A stretch of DNA of 63,914 nt, filler included, from Octopus bimaculoides (lineage: Eukaryota), in assembly GCF_001194135.2 (NCBI RefSeq). It is 8 parts of 7 records of this genome, joined end to end, with 100 filler letters (N's around TTAATTAATTAA, not from the genome) between each part and the next. Parts side by side here need not be neighbours in the genome. Positions count along the whole stretch, not along the records: positions 1 to 25,060 come from NC_069006.1; 7 more parts are not named here. The stretch is one strand, 5' to 3'. Below are positions 1 to 12,966 of this stretch, one piece after another; within the stretch, counting starts at the first letter, position 1; every line of letters starts with the position of its first letter. Below the pieces are notes generated by a model. The model worked only from the letters and a program-made list of their open reading frames with translations, was not told where the DNA came from and ran no database searches. Made by a program: the position numbers and the translations under genes.

Positions 1-12
1 ATATATATATAT

Positions 13-681
13 ATAAGGATTTACTTTTCGTAATGAGATAAAAGACCAAGGCTGTGTATAATATAGAACATTTATAAATAGGTCTTACAGCTGTTTCCAG
101 GATATCTATTATATCCCTTTATCGGAGACAGTGTGAGAGTATGATTAAGTAATAGTTTAGTTAAGATAGGAAATAGAGAATGGATGTAGGGATATTGTAT
201 TTGTAAATCCATTGTTTCGGCAAAATGGTATACATATAAGATTCCAGTACCTTGTGAGTAAAATCCAATTGATTTTAAGATTGGTCGTTGCCTTTGTAAA
301 TCCATTATTAAGATACCAATACCCTATGAGTAAAATCCAGCAGTCTTTGAAATTGGTCATTCCAAATACAGAGTTTATACACAGTGTTATTGAATCAAGG
401 GTTCTGTTTAAAGTTAAACAGAACCTTTGATTCAATAACACATCTTATATGTATACCATTTTGCCTAAAATTGGATTTACAAATACAATATCCCTACATT
501 CACTATCCATTTCCTATCTAAACTAAACTAACTATTGCTTAATCATCCCCTCACACCGTCTCCGATGAAAGGATATAATAAATATCCTTGAAACAGCTGT
601 AAGACATTCTATTTATAAATGTTCTATATTATACACAGCCTTGGTTTTTTTTATCTCATTACGAAAAGTAAATCCTTATAT
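13..681. mobile_element. Foldback/MITE-like element with ~230-bp terminal inverted repeats
   Basis: 13-245 (ATAAGGATTTACTTTTCGTAATGAGATAAAA...) is the reverse complement of 443-681 (...TTATCTCATTACGAAAAGTAAATCCTTAT). Flanks are TA-rich. The interior has a ~43-bp direct repeat (244-286, 316-358) and no transposase ORF. Confidence 0.75.
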
Positions 682-1737
682 TCACACGCTGATATATGAC
701 CTACGTCGGACCCCTTATTCGCATAACCACCGAACATGGAACTTAACTGTGGTCTATCCATAGCATTTACTCAGCATTACATGAAACCTCTGGGTCTAAT
801 TGACACCACTATCGCTCATAACCTGTATATATATATATATATATATNNNNNNNNNNNNNNNNNNNNNNNNNNNNNNNNNNNNNNNNNNNNNNNNNNNNNN
901 NNNNNNNNNNNNNNNNNNNNNNNNNNNNNNNNNNNNNNNNNNNNNNNNNNNNNNNNNNNNNNNNNNNNNNNNNNNNNNNNNNNNNNNNNNNNNNNNNNNN
1001 NNNNNNNNNNNNNNNNNNNNNNNNNNNNNNNNNNNNNNNNNNNNNNNNNNNNNNNNNNNNNNNNNNNNNNNNNNNNNNNNNNNNNNNNNNNNNNNNNNNN
1101 NNNNNNNNNNNNNNNNNNNNNNNNNNNNNNNNNNNNNNNNNNNNNNNNNNNNNNNNNNNNNNNNNNNNNNNNNNNNNNNNNNNNNNNNNNNNNNNNNNNN
1201 NNNNNNNNNNNNNNNNNNNNNNNNNNNNNNNNNNNNNNNNNNNNNNNNNNNNNNNNNNNNNNNNNNNNNNNNNNNNNNNNNNNNNNNNNNNNNNNNNNNN
1301 NNNNNNNNNNNNNNNNNNNNNNNNNNNNNNNNNNNNNNNNNNNNNNNNNNNNNNNNNNNNNNNNNNNNNNNNNNNNNNNNNNNNNNNNNNNNNNNNNNNN
1401 NNNNNNNNNNNNNNNNNNNNNNNNNNNNNNNNNNNNNNNNNNNNNNNNNNNNNNNNNNNNNNNNNNNNNNNNNNNNNNNNNNNNNNNNNNNNNNNNNNNN
1501 NNNNNNNNNNNNNNNNNNNNNNNNNNNNNNNNNNNNNNNNNNNNNNNNNNNNNNNNNNNNNNNNNNNNNNNNNNNNNNNNNNNNNNNNNNNNNNNNNNNN
1601 NNNNNNNNNNNNNNNNNNNNNNNNNNNNNNNNNNNNNNNNNNNNNNNNNNNNNNNNNNNNNNNNNNNNNNNNNNNNNNNNNNNNNNNNNNNNNNNNNNNN
1701 NNNNNNNNNNNNNNNNNNNNNNNNNNNNNNNNNNNNN

Positions 1738-2231
1738 GCGTGTGTGTTTGTGTGTATGTGTATGTTGTGTATATGTGCGTTGCTGTGTACGTGTGCGTGC
1801 GTGCGTTTGCTATTGTATGTGCGTGTGTTGTTTATGCCCATGTGTGTGTGATTGGATGCGTGTCTGTGTGAGTGTGTAGTGTTGGTGAGAAGTGTGAGTG
1901 CGTGTGTGTGTGTATGTGGGTGTGTGCGTGTGCGTGTGTATGTGTGTGGATGTGCGTGTGTGTGTGGGATTGTGAGTGTNNNNNNNNNNGTATGTGTGTG
2001 TTCGTGTGTGTGTTTGTGTGGGGTTGTAGGTGTTGGGTAGGTGTACGTGTGTGTGTGTGTATTTTGTATGTGTGCGTGTGTATATGTGTATGTTTTTGTG
2101 CGTGCGTGTGTGTTTGTGTGTATGTGTATGTTGTGTATATGTGCGTTGCTGTGTACGTGTGCGTGCGTGCGTTTGCTATTGTATGTGCGTGTGTTGTTTA
2201 TGCCCATGTGTGTGTGATTGGATGCGTGTCT
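1738..2231. repeat. Cryptic (TG)-rich simple repeat
   Basis: Degenerate TG/TGTA runs between N gaps. A ~130-bp stretch occurs twice (1738-1870, ~2099-2231). Confidence 0.9.
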
Positions 2232-3059
2232 NNNNNNNNNNNNNNNNNNNNNNNNNNNNNNNNNNNNNNNNNNNNNNNNNNNNNNNNNNNNNNNNNNNNN
2301 NNNNNNNNNNNNNNNNNNNNNNNNNNNNNNNNNNNNNNNNNNNNNNNNNNNNNNNNNNNNNNNNNNNNNNNNNNNNNNNNNNNNNNNNNNNNNNNNNNNN
2401 NNNNNNNNNNNNNNNNNNNNNNNNNNNNNNNNNNNNNNNNNNNNNNNNNNNNNNNNNNNNNNNNNNNNNNNNNNNNNNNNNNNNNNNNNNNNNNNNNNNN
2501 NNNNNNNNNNNNNNNNNNNNNNNNNNNNNNNNNNNNNNNNNNNNNNNNNNNNNNNNNNNNNNNNNNNNNNNNNNNNNNNNNNNNNNNNNNNNNNNNNNNN
2601 NNNNNNNNNNNNNNNNNNNNNNNNNNNNNNNNNNNNNNNNNNNNNNNNNNNNNNNNNNNNNNNNNNNNNNNNNNNNNNNNNNNNNNNNNNNNNNNNNNNN
2701 NNNNNNNNNNNNNNNNNNNNNNNNNNNNNNNNNNNNNNNNNNNNNNNNNNNNNNNNNNNNNNNNNNNNNNNNNNNNNNNNNNNNNNNNNNNNNNNNNNNN
2801 NNNNNNNNNNNNNNNNNNNNNNNNNNNNNNNNNNNNNNNNNNNNNNNNNNNNNNNNNNNNNNNNNNNNNNNNNNNNNNNNNNNNNNNNNNNNNNNNNNNN
2901 NNNNNNNNNNNNNNNNNNNNNNNNNNNNNNNNNNNNNNNNNNNNNNNNNNNNNNNNNNNNNNNNNNNNNNNNNNNNNNNNNNNNNNNNNNNNNNNNNNNN
3001 NNNNNNNNNNNNNNNNNNNNNNNNNNNNNNNNNNNNNNNNNNNNNNNNNNNNTGGTCTG

Positions 3060-3062
3060 AAG

Positions 3063-3121
<59 letters not shown>

Positions 3122-3160
3122 GATAGATAGAAAGATAGATAAATAGATAGATAGATAGAT

Positions 3161-3228
<68 letters not shown>

Positions 3229-3262
3229 TGCTAAATAGATAGGTAGATAGACAGACAGACAG

Positions 3263-3319
<57 letters not shown>

Positions 3320-3358
3320 TGATAGATTGCTAAATAGATAGGTGGATAGACAGACAGA

Positions 3359-3397
<39 letters not shown>

Positions 3398-3398
3398 T
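3060..3398. repeat. (GATA)n/(GACA)n/(GA)n compound microsatellite
   Basis: Read directly from the sequence. Confidence 0.95.
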
Positions 3399-3871
3399 AC
3401 TCGTACACATACCTTTCTATCTACATGCCAACATACATACACACTCACATACATTTGGGTCTCTCCCCAAATGTACCTTGTCAGTCTACATCTTCTCCCT
3501 CCCCTACCTCTTCGAATCTCTTTCATTACCCCCTATTCATCTTTTTATTACTCATCTCTCTATCACACTTCCTCCCTCCCTTCATCCTCTTTTTTTTACT
3601 TATTTACTGTATTATTTTGCCGGGTGTCACTGAGGATGGCAGTACCTGATACCCCATACTATCACCCTTTTCTATAGTGCCAGTCATTGTCCCTCCTTCT
3701 CTTCGCCTCTCTCTCTCTCTCTCTTTCTTTTCTTTTCTTTCTGTATGTTTGTGCGGTCGTATGTATGTGTGTGTGTGTATGTATGCATGTATGTACGAAT
3801 GTAAGCATTTATGTAGCTAATGTATGTGTATGTATGAATGTACGCATGTATAGAGATATATACGCGTATTG

Positions 3872-3914
<43 letters not shown>

Positions 3915-4770
3915 CTAAAAAATCATATTCGGCCACTTATATCGAATGTTTGCCTTATAGTTCTAATGTTTTGATTTCTCTTTTCCTGTTTGTACCACCA
4001 AACCTCTCCCTCGCTTTTTTCTCTCTCCGTGTGTGTGTGCGTGTATGCATGCGTATATGTGTGGGTGCGCGTGTGTATACATACATACATACATATATAT
4101 NNNNNNNNNNNNNTATATATATATATATTCGCACACACACACAACATACATACGTACACACACATTATATATGCGTATATATACGTACGCACATAAGTGT
4201 GTAAGCAAAGATGTGTTTAATAAGTCAGTAATAGTTTATAATTTAGGATTAAAGCTAGAAATTAGGGGAGAAACACTCTAATGTCGATTTAATCAACTTT
4301 CCGAGAAGAAAAAGAAAAAAAAAAAGGAAATCACAGGGGTGGGGGGATGTTAAGTAACCGACCCTCTCCGTTACCATGTTGAAATAAACAACGGCTCGAT
4401 TTGAACACTTAATGCGAAGGATCATTATTGAATTAAATTACAGTAAACTATTTTACTCCGCTGTCTCACCTATACACCCACCCCTAGCGCCCAGCAATTC
4501 GATAATGGTTCACGAAATAAGCACAGAGTCAGAGATTTTTTGGTGAAAGTGTAGGGTGAAGTAAATCAAAGTATAGTACTCTTTTTTATCTACTGTTGCT
4601 GGAATTTTAGCTCAGAACGTAAAGGTCCATAATTAAATACTGTCATATTTTTTTAGTCCGACTCTTATTACTGCATCGCCCTAGCAATAATAGCTCTTAA
4701 CACAATGATAATGTGATAACGAAGAATATAGTAAAAGATGCCAAGTCAGTTTTTATGTACACCCTTTGAA

Positions 4771-5075
4771 TGACAACTGCAAAATATTTTCCACTAAACT
4801 CTTATTCTGCTAATCTTTTATTCCTTATGTTCATGAAATACCAATCAGTGCTTCAGTTCTTTTTTGTATTTTATATTCATTTTCATTCCGTTCCTTCTTT
4901 TGTTAGTTTATAACTCTTACTCCATTAGATGACAACTGCAAATGTTTTTCTTAAACTCATATTCTTCCATTCCTTTATCCTTTAACGTTCTCGAAACATG
5001 AATCAGTGCTTAAGTATGATATTTTCATTTCATTCCTTTATTCTGTTACGGTATTCTTTCATTCTTTCTTACTCA
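4771..5075. repeat. Diverged tandem duplication, ~158-bp unit
   Basis: ATGACAACTGCAAA...CTAAACTC...ATCAGTGCTT starts at ~4771 and again at ~4929. Confidence 0.7.
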
Positions 5076-6114
5076 TGTCATGTTTGTTACTCACCCTAGC
5101 CAATGCAGGCATCGTCAATAACAGCAATAGTAGTAGTCATAGTAGTGATTGTTGTTGTTGGTGTTGTTGTGGGTAAGAGCTGACAGGAGCTGCACAGAAA
5201 TACTGATCATTTTCCCCTTTTTTTTTCTGCTCGGCCCTCCTCTACTCTGTTTCATTATTTAAATAAAAACAAAGCCAAGATCGAGGTCCTCCTCAATCCA
5301 TGGACAAGAAAAACCCCTCAAAACTGAAATAAAATAACACAAAAAACAGCCAGCCCCAAACCCCAAAACAAAGAAGAAATAATTAGACCCTGTTCCCTTT
5401 CCCGCAGATCCGTTCCGTGGAAAATATGAGTAATATCGACTAGGAATATAATTATAGTAAGCTACCATCATTGGTGAATCTTTAAGAATCGTTTATTAAC
5501 TTTGATATTGAACATAGAGAGGATGATGACGACGGTGATGGTGGTGTCGGGAACGAAATAAAATATAAAGGAAGAATAAAAAAATGCTGATTACTACGAA
5601 AAGTGCTTCCGTAGTTAAGTTTCGCATGTTTTTCTGTTTTAGTTTCAATTCATATGCCGGTTGTTATCGTTGTTGTCATTGTTGTTGTTGCCCAGTCCCC
5701 TCCCTATCTTCATTCGTATCTATGGCCAACCCTAATTAAGCAGCAGCCCTTAATCGCATATTCTTCCTAATACTGTCTTAAAACAAGGGCTCACCGAATA
5801 GTAGTACCCGGGGTCCTCGCCGGTCTAGGGTCTAGTTCCGATCTAGTTATGCTGTTGTTGCTGTCAATAAATAAATACTATTGGGTCCATTGTAGCAATT
5901 TGCCCAGGGGGCCTTCAAATCTTCTAAGACAGTCCTGATCCTTCATTTATTGTAACTCCGTATACTATTGTTTGAGCGAAATTTAACAACTATTTATCGG
6001 AGATGTAGCAACTGTTTCGAAGCAGACATTCTCCATCTTTCTCTCTATCTCAACCAGCTTACAACTGCTACTGGTGTTACATCTATACTATTAATACTAA
6101 TAATAAGAAGGGGT

Positions 6115-6270
6115 AAGGCGGCTAGTTGGCAGAATCGTTAGCACGTCGGACAAGAATGGTAAGCGGCCCGTCTTCTGACTCCTTGCGTCCGGAGTTCAAA
6201 TTCCGCCAGGATCAAAATTGCCCTTCATCGTTTCGGGGCCGATAAAACAAGTACCAGTTGAATACTGGAG
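6115..6270 (+). mobile_element. tRNA-headed SINE family A, truncated
   Basis: A box TGGCAGAATCGTTAG, B box GAGTTCAAATTCC, central GCCCTTCATCGTTTCGGGGCCGATAAA...GTACCAG. Confidence 0.8.
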
Positions 6271-6309
6271 TCGATGTATTTCAGAATTGTATCTTTGGTA
6301 GAAAGGCTT

Positions 6310-6495
6310 TGCGAGCTGGCAGAATCGTTAGCAAGCCGGCCAAAATGCTTGGCGGCATTTCGTCCGTCTTTAGTTCAAATTCCGCCGAGGTTGATTTTGC
6401 CTTTCATTCTTTCGGGGTCGATAAAATAAATACCAGTTAAGCACTGGTTACTGTTCCTCCCTCAGAATTGTTGGTTCTGTGCCAAAATTTGAAAC
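6310..6495 (+). mobile_element. tRNA-headed SINE family A
   Basis: Same head, GCCTTTCATTCTTTCGGGGTCGATAAA core and GTGCCAAAATTTGAAACC tail as the other copies in the window. Confidence 0.8.
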
Positions 6496-6838
6496 CATCA
6501 ATATTATTATTGATAAATAGTGGAAGTGGTCATGTTATAACTATAGTTATTACTAGTGGTGTTGACGGTAATGGTATTACTGCTGTTACAACTATACAAT
6601 TAGTAGCGGCGCTGGTGGTGGTGGTAGAAGCGCTAATGATACTACTACTACTGCTGTTAGTGATACACAACTACTTCTGTTGCTGCTGCTGTCTTTACTC
6701 TCTCTCTCTCCCCAACCACTCTGCTCGAAATTCGTTTCGGTGGCTCCATTCCACATTTTGGTAGCAACTGGCTGCCTGAGCAGTCGGGCAAAAATTCACT
6801 GAGACGCCATTTTAGTTAGTTTGTTTTTGCCCTCTGGA

Positions 6839-6999
6839 ATGGAGGAGACGAAGATTATTTACCACATTGATGACGAGGATACTCCTTACCTAATCAAGCT
6901 CCCTATTGCTGCCGATCGAGTAACGCTCGGGGATTTTAAAAATGCCCTCAACAGACCCAATTTCAAATTTTTCTTTAAGTCTATGGACGACGACTTCGG
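6839..6999 (+). CDS. dvl: Dishevelled coding exon 1 (N-terminal part of DIX domain)
   Basis: ATG at 6839 gives [54 protein letters not shown], the recognisable Dishevelled N-terminus. It ends GG|GTAAGT (phase 2), the intron position after DFG known from vertebrate DVL genes. Exon 2 (VVKEE...) was not found in the window. Confidence 0.95.
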
Positions 7000-7242
7000 G
7001 TAAGTGCCATCCATACAAACATACATACATACATGCGTGTATGTATGTATGTTTCTCTATGTACATGCTTGCAAGCGTATATATATATAAACACCCACAC
7101 ACATATATATGCATGCATGCATATGATCAATCAGTCATATACATATATAAATATATACACATGCATACATATAGATTATATATATGTGTGTGTGTGTATA
7201 CACACACACATACGATTACATATGCATGCACGAATACACATG

Positions 7243-7278
<36 letters not shown>

Positions 7279-7367
7279 AATATATACACACACGCATATA
7301 TACACAATTATAGGCCCAGACTAGCTTGTCAATGATGTGTCTACTAGAATAAGACATACATGCACAC

Positions 7368-7417
<50 letters not shown>

Positions 7418-7997
7418 GTATAGGTATATATATGTATATAGGTATATATATATATGTATAGGTATATATATGTATATAGGTATATATATATATATATAGG
7501 TATATANNNNNNNNNNNNNNNNNNNNNNNNNNNNNNNNNNNNNNNNNNNNNNNNNNNNNNNNNNNNNNNNNNNNNNNNNNNNNNNNNNNNNNNNNNNNNN
7601 NNNNNNACATACATACAGACACAGTCCTTCTCATTTTAATATCTGGCAGACAGATTCTTCACCAAGAAATTCGTTCATTATTTTTTCTTGTGTGTGTGTG
7701 TGTGTATACCTTGTTTTAACTCGTTTGTTTTGACAGGTGAACAACAAAATTTACACGTTTGTAGTGGTGGGTAACTGGCTGAATGGATGGTTAAGACAGG
7801 TAGATATATATATATAGGTAGATAGAATATTCACGTTTTTATCCACTTCGTTCCCTTTTTCATTTGTATATTTATCTTAAACCATTCTTCAGTATCTATC
7901 TATCTATCTATCTATCTATCATATACCTTTCCCCTTAGCCATATTTTCAGTATTCACAATCAGCATAAATATTGCCAGCTGAATGCCATCAACTTTG

Positions 7998-8024
7998 CTG
8001 AGGAGGTCTTATTAAGGCCGAAAC
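7998..8024 (+). ncRNA. Degenerate hammerhead-ribozyme core (Penelope-type)
   Basis: CTGAGGA, 6-bp stem II (GGTCTT/AAGGCC, loop ATT), GAAAC. Helix III, cleavage triplet and helix I are not intact. Confidence 0.35.
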
Positions 8025-8927
8025 ACAACTATTACTTTCTCTGAAAAGTAGACCTTTCGCTCACATATATTCACTGAGTATATTCTCCACTGATTTCATC
8101 TGATCTTATTAGTGTTACTTCCCTTGCTCGACTTTCAGTGTTAAACACTTCAAGTAGGAAGTTTTTATTTCCTAATCGCCTGGACAATCGCAGAATATCT
8201 ACTTTATATTATCTTATTACGTGTGTGAAACTCTTACTCTATTTTGTATTTAACTAGCAGAAAACACCTGAGGTATTTTCCCTCGGCCCCTATTGGCCAC
8301 ATTTTTGTGGGTGTCATTAATTTTTCGAGCCCCGTCCTCTGTTATTTCGTCTGCTGAAACATCCCTTTTGTTTTTGTTAAAGCCCCAGACCAGCTTTGAT
8401 CGAAGAAAGATCACTGAACAAAAGCATTCCAACATAACCTTTCCATATTTTTTCTTTTAAATGTTTTATCTTGGAGCATAATTACACAAATGTACTCCCT
8501 ATGACTTTGTTTTCTCATTAGCTTTCAGAAAAGAAAAAAAAAAAAAATTAATTAAATTTTCAACAGTTACTTTTCAAATGGTATCCTTAACGACTATGCC
8601 TATCTTGGATTACATTATCCAATGCCTTTTTGTTTTTCTTAAGACAATAGTATTGTAATCCGTTCGAGATTTGGCTATTATTTCTAGCTGCTCGTTTGCT
8701 GATTTAGAGGCTCCCTATTTCTGATTTGATCCCTTAAAAAATTTTCCTGTCGGTCTTATGTCTTCACACACACTTACGCTGCTTCTATATGTAGACTTCT
8801 GTTGAAACGAGGAATGGTTACCAATTCTCTGAATATTTCTCGAGCACTTTTGGTGAAAAAATAGCCAATTAAGATTAATTTTGATGTACCTTGTGAAATA
8901 TAACGTCTTCCTACCGTGTGCGCGCAC

Positions 8928-8979
<52 letters not shown>

Positions 8980-10610
8980 ACCAGTATTAATCTGCAGAGT
9001 TTTCAGTGATTCGAGGGACGACAGTTTCGTGCATTGATTAGCAACTTCTAAAACTAAATAATAATCCTTTCTACTATAGGCACAAGGCCTGAAATTTTGT
9101 GGAGGAGGGGACTAGTCGATTACATCGACCTCAGTGTTTCACTGGNNNNNNNNNNNNNNNNNNNNNNNNNNNNNNNNNNNNNNNNNNNNNNNNNNNNNNN
9201 NNNNNNNNNNNNNNNNNNNNNNNNNNNNNNNNNNNNNNNNNNNNNNNNNNNNNNNNNNNNNNNNNNNNNNNNNNNNNNNNNNNNNNNNNNNNNNNNNNNN
9301 NNNNNNNNNNNNNNNNNNNNNNNNNNNNNNNNNNNNNNNNNNNNNNNNNNNNNNNNNNNNNNNNNNNNNNNNNNNNNNNNNNNNNNNNNNNNNNNNNNNN
9401 NNNNNNNNNNNNNNNNNNNNNNNNNNNNNNNNNNNNNNNNNNNNNNNNNNNNNNNNNNNNNNNNNNNNNNNNNNNNNNNNNNNNNNNNNNNNNNNNNNNN
9501 NNNNNNNNNNNNNNNNNNNNNNNNNNNNNNNNNNNNNNNNNNNNNNNNNNNNNNNNNNNNNNNNNNNNNNNNNNNNNNNNNNNNNNNNNNNNNNNNNNNN
9601 NNNNNNNNNNNNNNNNNNNNNNNNNNNNNNNNNNNNNNNNNNNNNNNCATAGAACAAAAAACCGGAGGGATATATTGTTCTATGTGTGCCATAAATATCG
9701 CCATCCACTTTAGAGAAAATTTGTAGTTTGGAATCAGTAGTTCTTTGACTGCTATTTCTAAATTTTCAGTATGTTGGAGAAGCAACTCAATTGCTAATCC
9801 CTGTATATTTATAATGATAAATAGTCTTACCGATAAAGGTTTTTTTCATACTGAACTACTTGGCAGAATTGTTAATTATTAATTCTATTATTAATTGACG
9901 ATTCTCTGCCCTTATTCTTGTATATATATATATATATACAGAGAGAGAGAGAGAGAGGTAGAGTTGTGTGTGTATGTATGTATATTTCGCCGTATATTGT
10001 TAGTGACAGATTTCCATAGTTAGAAAATCCGGATATTATATAAATTTCCTGGCGGAGGTACAGAATAGGTCCACCACCCGTTTTCGGCGTAACAAAAACC
10101 CTAGCCCTTAACACCGAGTGTACATATTTCTTTACTTTCGCCAATTTTTCCATAGCTTTATTGTGCTACCTTCATATCATAGTTAGCCGTCAAAGCAATG
10201 GTAATTTGCACTCACATGTGTGTATATATGTATGAATAGATTGATAAATAATCTGGTTGACCATATGTACATAATATACACCCGTACACCCAGGGGCATA
10301 CCTCAGTTTACATCTTTTTTCGACGATGCTTCGTTTTCGTTAATGGTAAAAAAATATACCTAAAATTCTGTAGATTTATCCTATTCAATGTCGGTCTCAG
10401 CCAACATATTTTTAAAAAAACATACAAAATCTAATAAGAAAAACACTTAAAGACCAATAAAATGAAAAATCAAATAAAATACATATGATTGTATGAAGAA
10501 ATCATATTTATTAAAACATATGAACTAATGTATTTTTTTAAATGTTTTTTTTTTCTGGTTAAATCGCATATCTTGGTACCGACTACCGACATAAGTTGAA
10601 GTATGCTTGC

Positions 10611-10661
<51 letters not shown>

Positions 10662-10858
10662 GATATAATGTGTGTGTTATCAAATAACATTTCTTGTACT
10701 GAGTTTTTTCGTATCTTAGTGAAAATGTGTGCCGAGTTATATTTCATAAGGGTCTTGTTACCCCTACCATATATATATATATATATATATATATACCGGT
10801 TTCCCAGGTGAAGTCTAAAGTATAGAAATAATGCGACTTATACACGAGTAAATTACTC

Positions 10859-10862
<4 letters not shown>

Positions 10863-10893
<31 letters not shown>

Positions 10894-11033
10894 ATATATA
10901 CACACACACATACTGTTTGTGTAGGTTTATAGGTATCAACATCCTTAAATCAATCTATTTAATGGTTTATTCAGGCACGGAATGTGAGTGAGTAAACCAT
11001 TAAACCGCTGTATTTAAAGGTTTCGATACCTAT

Positions 11034-11066
<33 letters not shown>
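10863..11066. repeat. Inverted repeat (~50-bp arms, 15-nt loop) flanked by (TG)n and (CA)n
   Basis: 10925-10973 GTTTATAGGTATC...TTTAATGGTTTATTCA pairs with 10989-11038 TGAGTAAACCATTAAA...GATACCTATAAAAC. Confidence 0.8.
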
Positions 11067-11071
<5 letters not shown>

Positions 11072-11944
11072 CCTTTATACCTTCCTCTGCAAATGTATGC
11101 ATGGTGTGGATATATTTTTGCTCCAATAAACCCATTGATTATTGTCAGATCGATAGACAAGAGAGATGGTTATCGTTGCTCTTGTTTAGCGCCCATTCTC
11201 CCCTCCTATCAGCCATAATTTAGGGTATTGAATCCGTGACCAGCCAGTCTGATTTTGTTGTATATCAGCAACAACGTTTTCCTCTCTTTAGTGGGATTTC
11301 AATGAGATTTTGGCTTGTATTTCATTTGGTTCGGGTTAATCGCATCCGCACGCAGTGTGTTCCTCGTTGGAAGTTTATAAAATCTAGGATTTAACTCCAG
11401 ATTAGCCCTGGACCTGCAGATTTATAATCAAAGCCGTTCCAATAGTGATCATCCTACTGTTTTTATTACTATTATTATAAATATTTTCGGACACTTGTGT
11501 ATGTATATTTAGGACTCCATTCTCCAATGTGTTATTTTCCTTTGTACGGTTTTAAGTATAATTTCAGGGAGATATTTGGTTGCTATCTCTGACATATAAT
11601 AACGACCACGTAGAAAAAACCTTTTTTCGCTGTTTTTTTAATTTTTTATTAGCTTCAATAAAACACCAGTTATGTACAGGGTTTGAATATCATTAATTGT
11701 GTGTAGGGGGGAGGCCTTGTGATATGTTTTTTTAATTTTCATTTAACGATGGTCGTCACGAAAAGGATCTTGACTCTCCCCGCCGCACTATTTCTTCCCC
11801 ATTCTCGCTATTGTTGCGTTTCTAATTCCTGCTCCCTTTTTAAAAGGGAGCAGCAAGGGAGGAGTCAGGGAACAGGCGATAGTGAGCGAACAAGCAAAGC
11901 AAGAAAGCAACACGCATTAACTACAATTTTACCATTTGCTATAC

Positions 11945-11978
<34 letters not shown>

Positions 11979-12265
11979 CCATCATCATTATAAAGCCCAG
12001 GTGTGTTCTGGCATACACAAAGAAGACTACCACTCTCCCCTTCTTTCTGTCTGTGTGTCTGTGTATGTTCCTTTAGCTTTTTTTTCCTTCCATAGTTTAA
12101 ACTTTTTTGCGGGTGGATGGCGACTCCAACATACGTTTGTACACACACACACACACACACAAACACACATATATATTCTTCACACCTTATAATACCTTCA
12201 TTTTCTTTACATTGTATCAAGCCCTTTCTCGTTCATCTGACATTAAATAACGTACATTTATATAT

Positions 12266-12352
12266 ATAAAAGCAGGGAATGGAGGTGGGGGTTACGAGGT
12301 AAGGTATTTCATTTCTGGGAAGCGAAGTAGCTTTTAACCAAGTCATCTCTCT
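12266..12352. repeat. ~85-bp dispersed direct repeat, copy 1 (copy 2 at 13495-13580)
   Basis: TAAAAGCAGGGAATGGAGG...GGTTACGAGGTAAGGTATTT...AAGTAGCTTTTAACCAAGTC occurs twice, ~1.23 kb apart. Confidence 0.85.
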
Positions 12353-12570
12353 CTTGGATGAAGTGGACAACATTCCATTCCGTCTTACAAAAAACCTAGG
12401 AACTGCGCACCCAAGCCTGACCCTTGGCACGCACGCACACACACACACACACACACACACATTTTGGAGTTCTTTTGGTGCTGTTGGAAGAGAACTAAGA
12501 TTTCAGAGATTTGAATTATTATTATTTATTATTCTTTTCTTTTAGACACTAGTTTCTTCGCCATCTTTCT

Positions 12571-12966
12571 TTTCTTTCTTTCTTTTACTTGTTTCAGTCA
12601 TTTGACTGCGGCCATGCTGGAGCGCCGCCTTTAGTCGAATCAAATCGACCCCAGGACTTATTCTTTGTAAGCCTAGTACTTATTCTATCGGTCTCTTTTT
12701 GCCGAACCGCTAAGTTTACGGAGACCTAAACACACCAGCATCGGTTGTCAAGCGATGTTGGGGGACAAACACAGATACACAACATATACATATACATATA
12801 TACGACGAGCTTCTTTCAGTTTCCTTTTACCAAATCCACTCACAAGGCTTTGGTCGGCCTGAGGCTATAGTAGAAGACACTTGCCCAAAGTGCCACGCAG
12901 TGGGACTGAACCCGGAACCATGTGGTTGGTAAGCTAGCCACTTACCACACAGCCACTCCTGCGCCT
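12571..12966 (-). mobile_element. tRNA-headed SINE family B, full length
   Basis: The minus strand starts AGGCGCAGGAGTGGCTGTGTGGTAAG (A box) ... GGGTTCAGTCCC (B box), then CACTTTGGGCAAGTGTCTTCTACTATAGCC, an internal microsatellite and tail GACTGAAACAAGTAAAAGAAAG. Confidence 0.9.

Noticed and set aside
736-3526. Long ORFs of 280-460 aa in the track
   Set aside because: Made of N runs plus (TG)n/(GATA)n translations. The same applies to other X-filled ORFs (9097-9785, 22099-22716, 32988-33704, 36178-36868, 56868-57663, 61266-62201).
6115-6495. tRNA genes at SINE heads (also 12900-12966, 55764, 56681)
   Set aside because: They have A and B boxes but no complete cloverleaf, and they continue into SINE bodies.
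6805-6813. YY1-like CGCCATTTT near the dvl start codon
   Set aside because: Single short motif with no TSS or conservation data.
11719-12192. 157-aa ORF with poly-His
   Set aside because: (CAC)n(CAT)n microsatellite in intronic low-complexity sequence; no domain or splice support.
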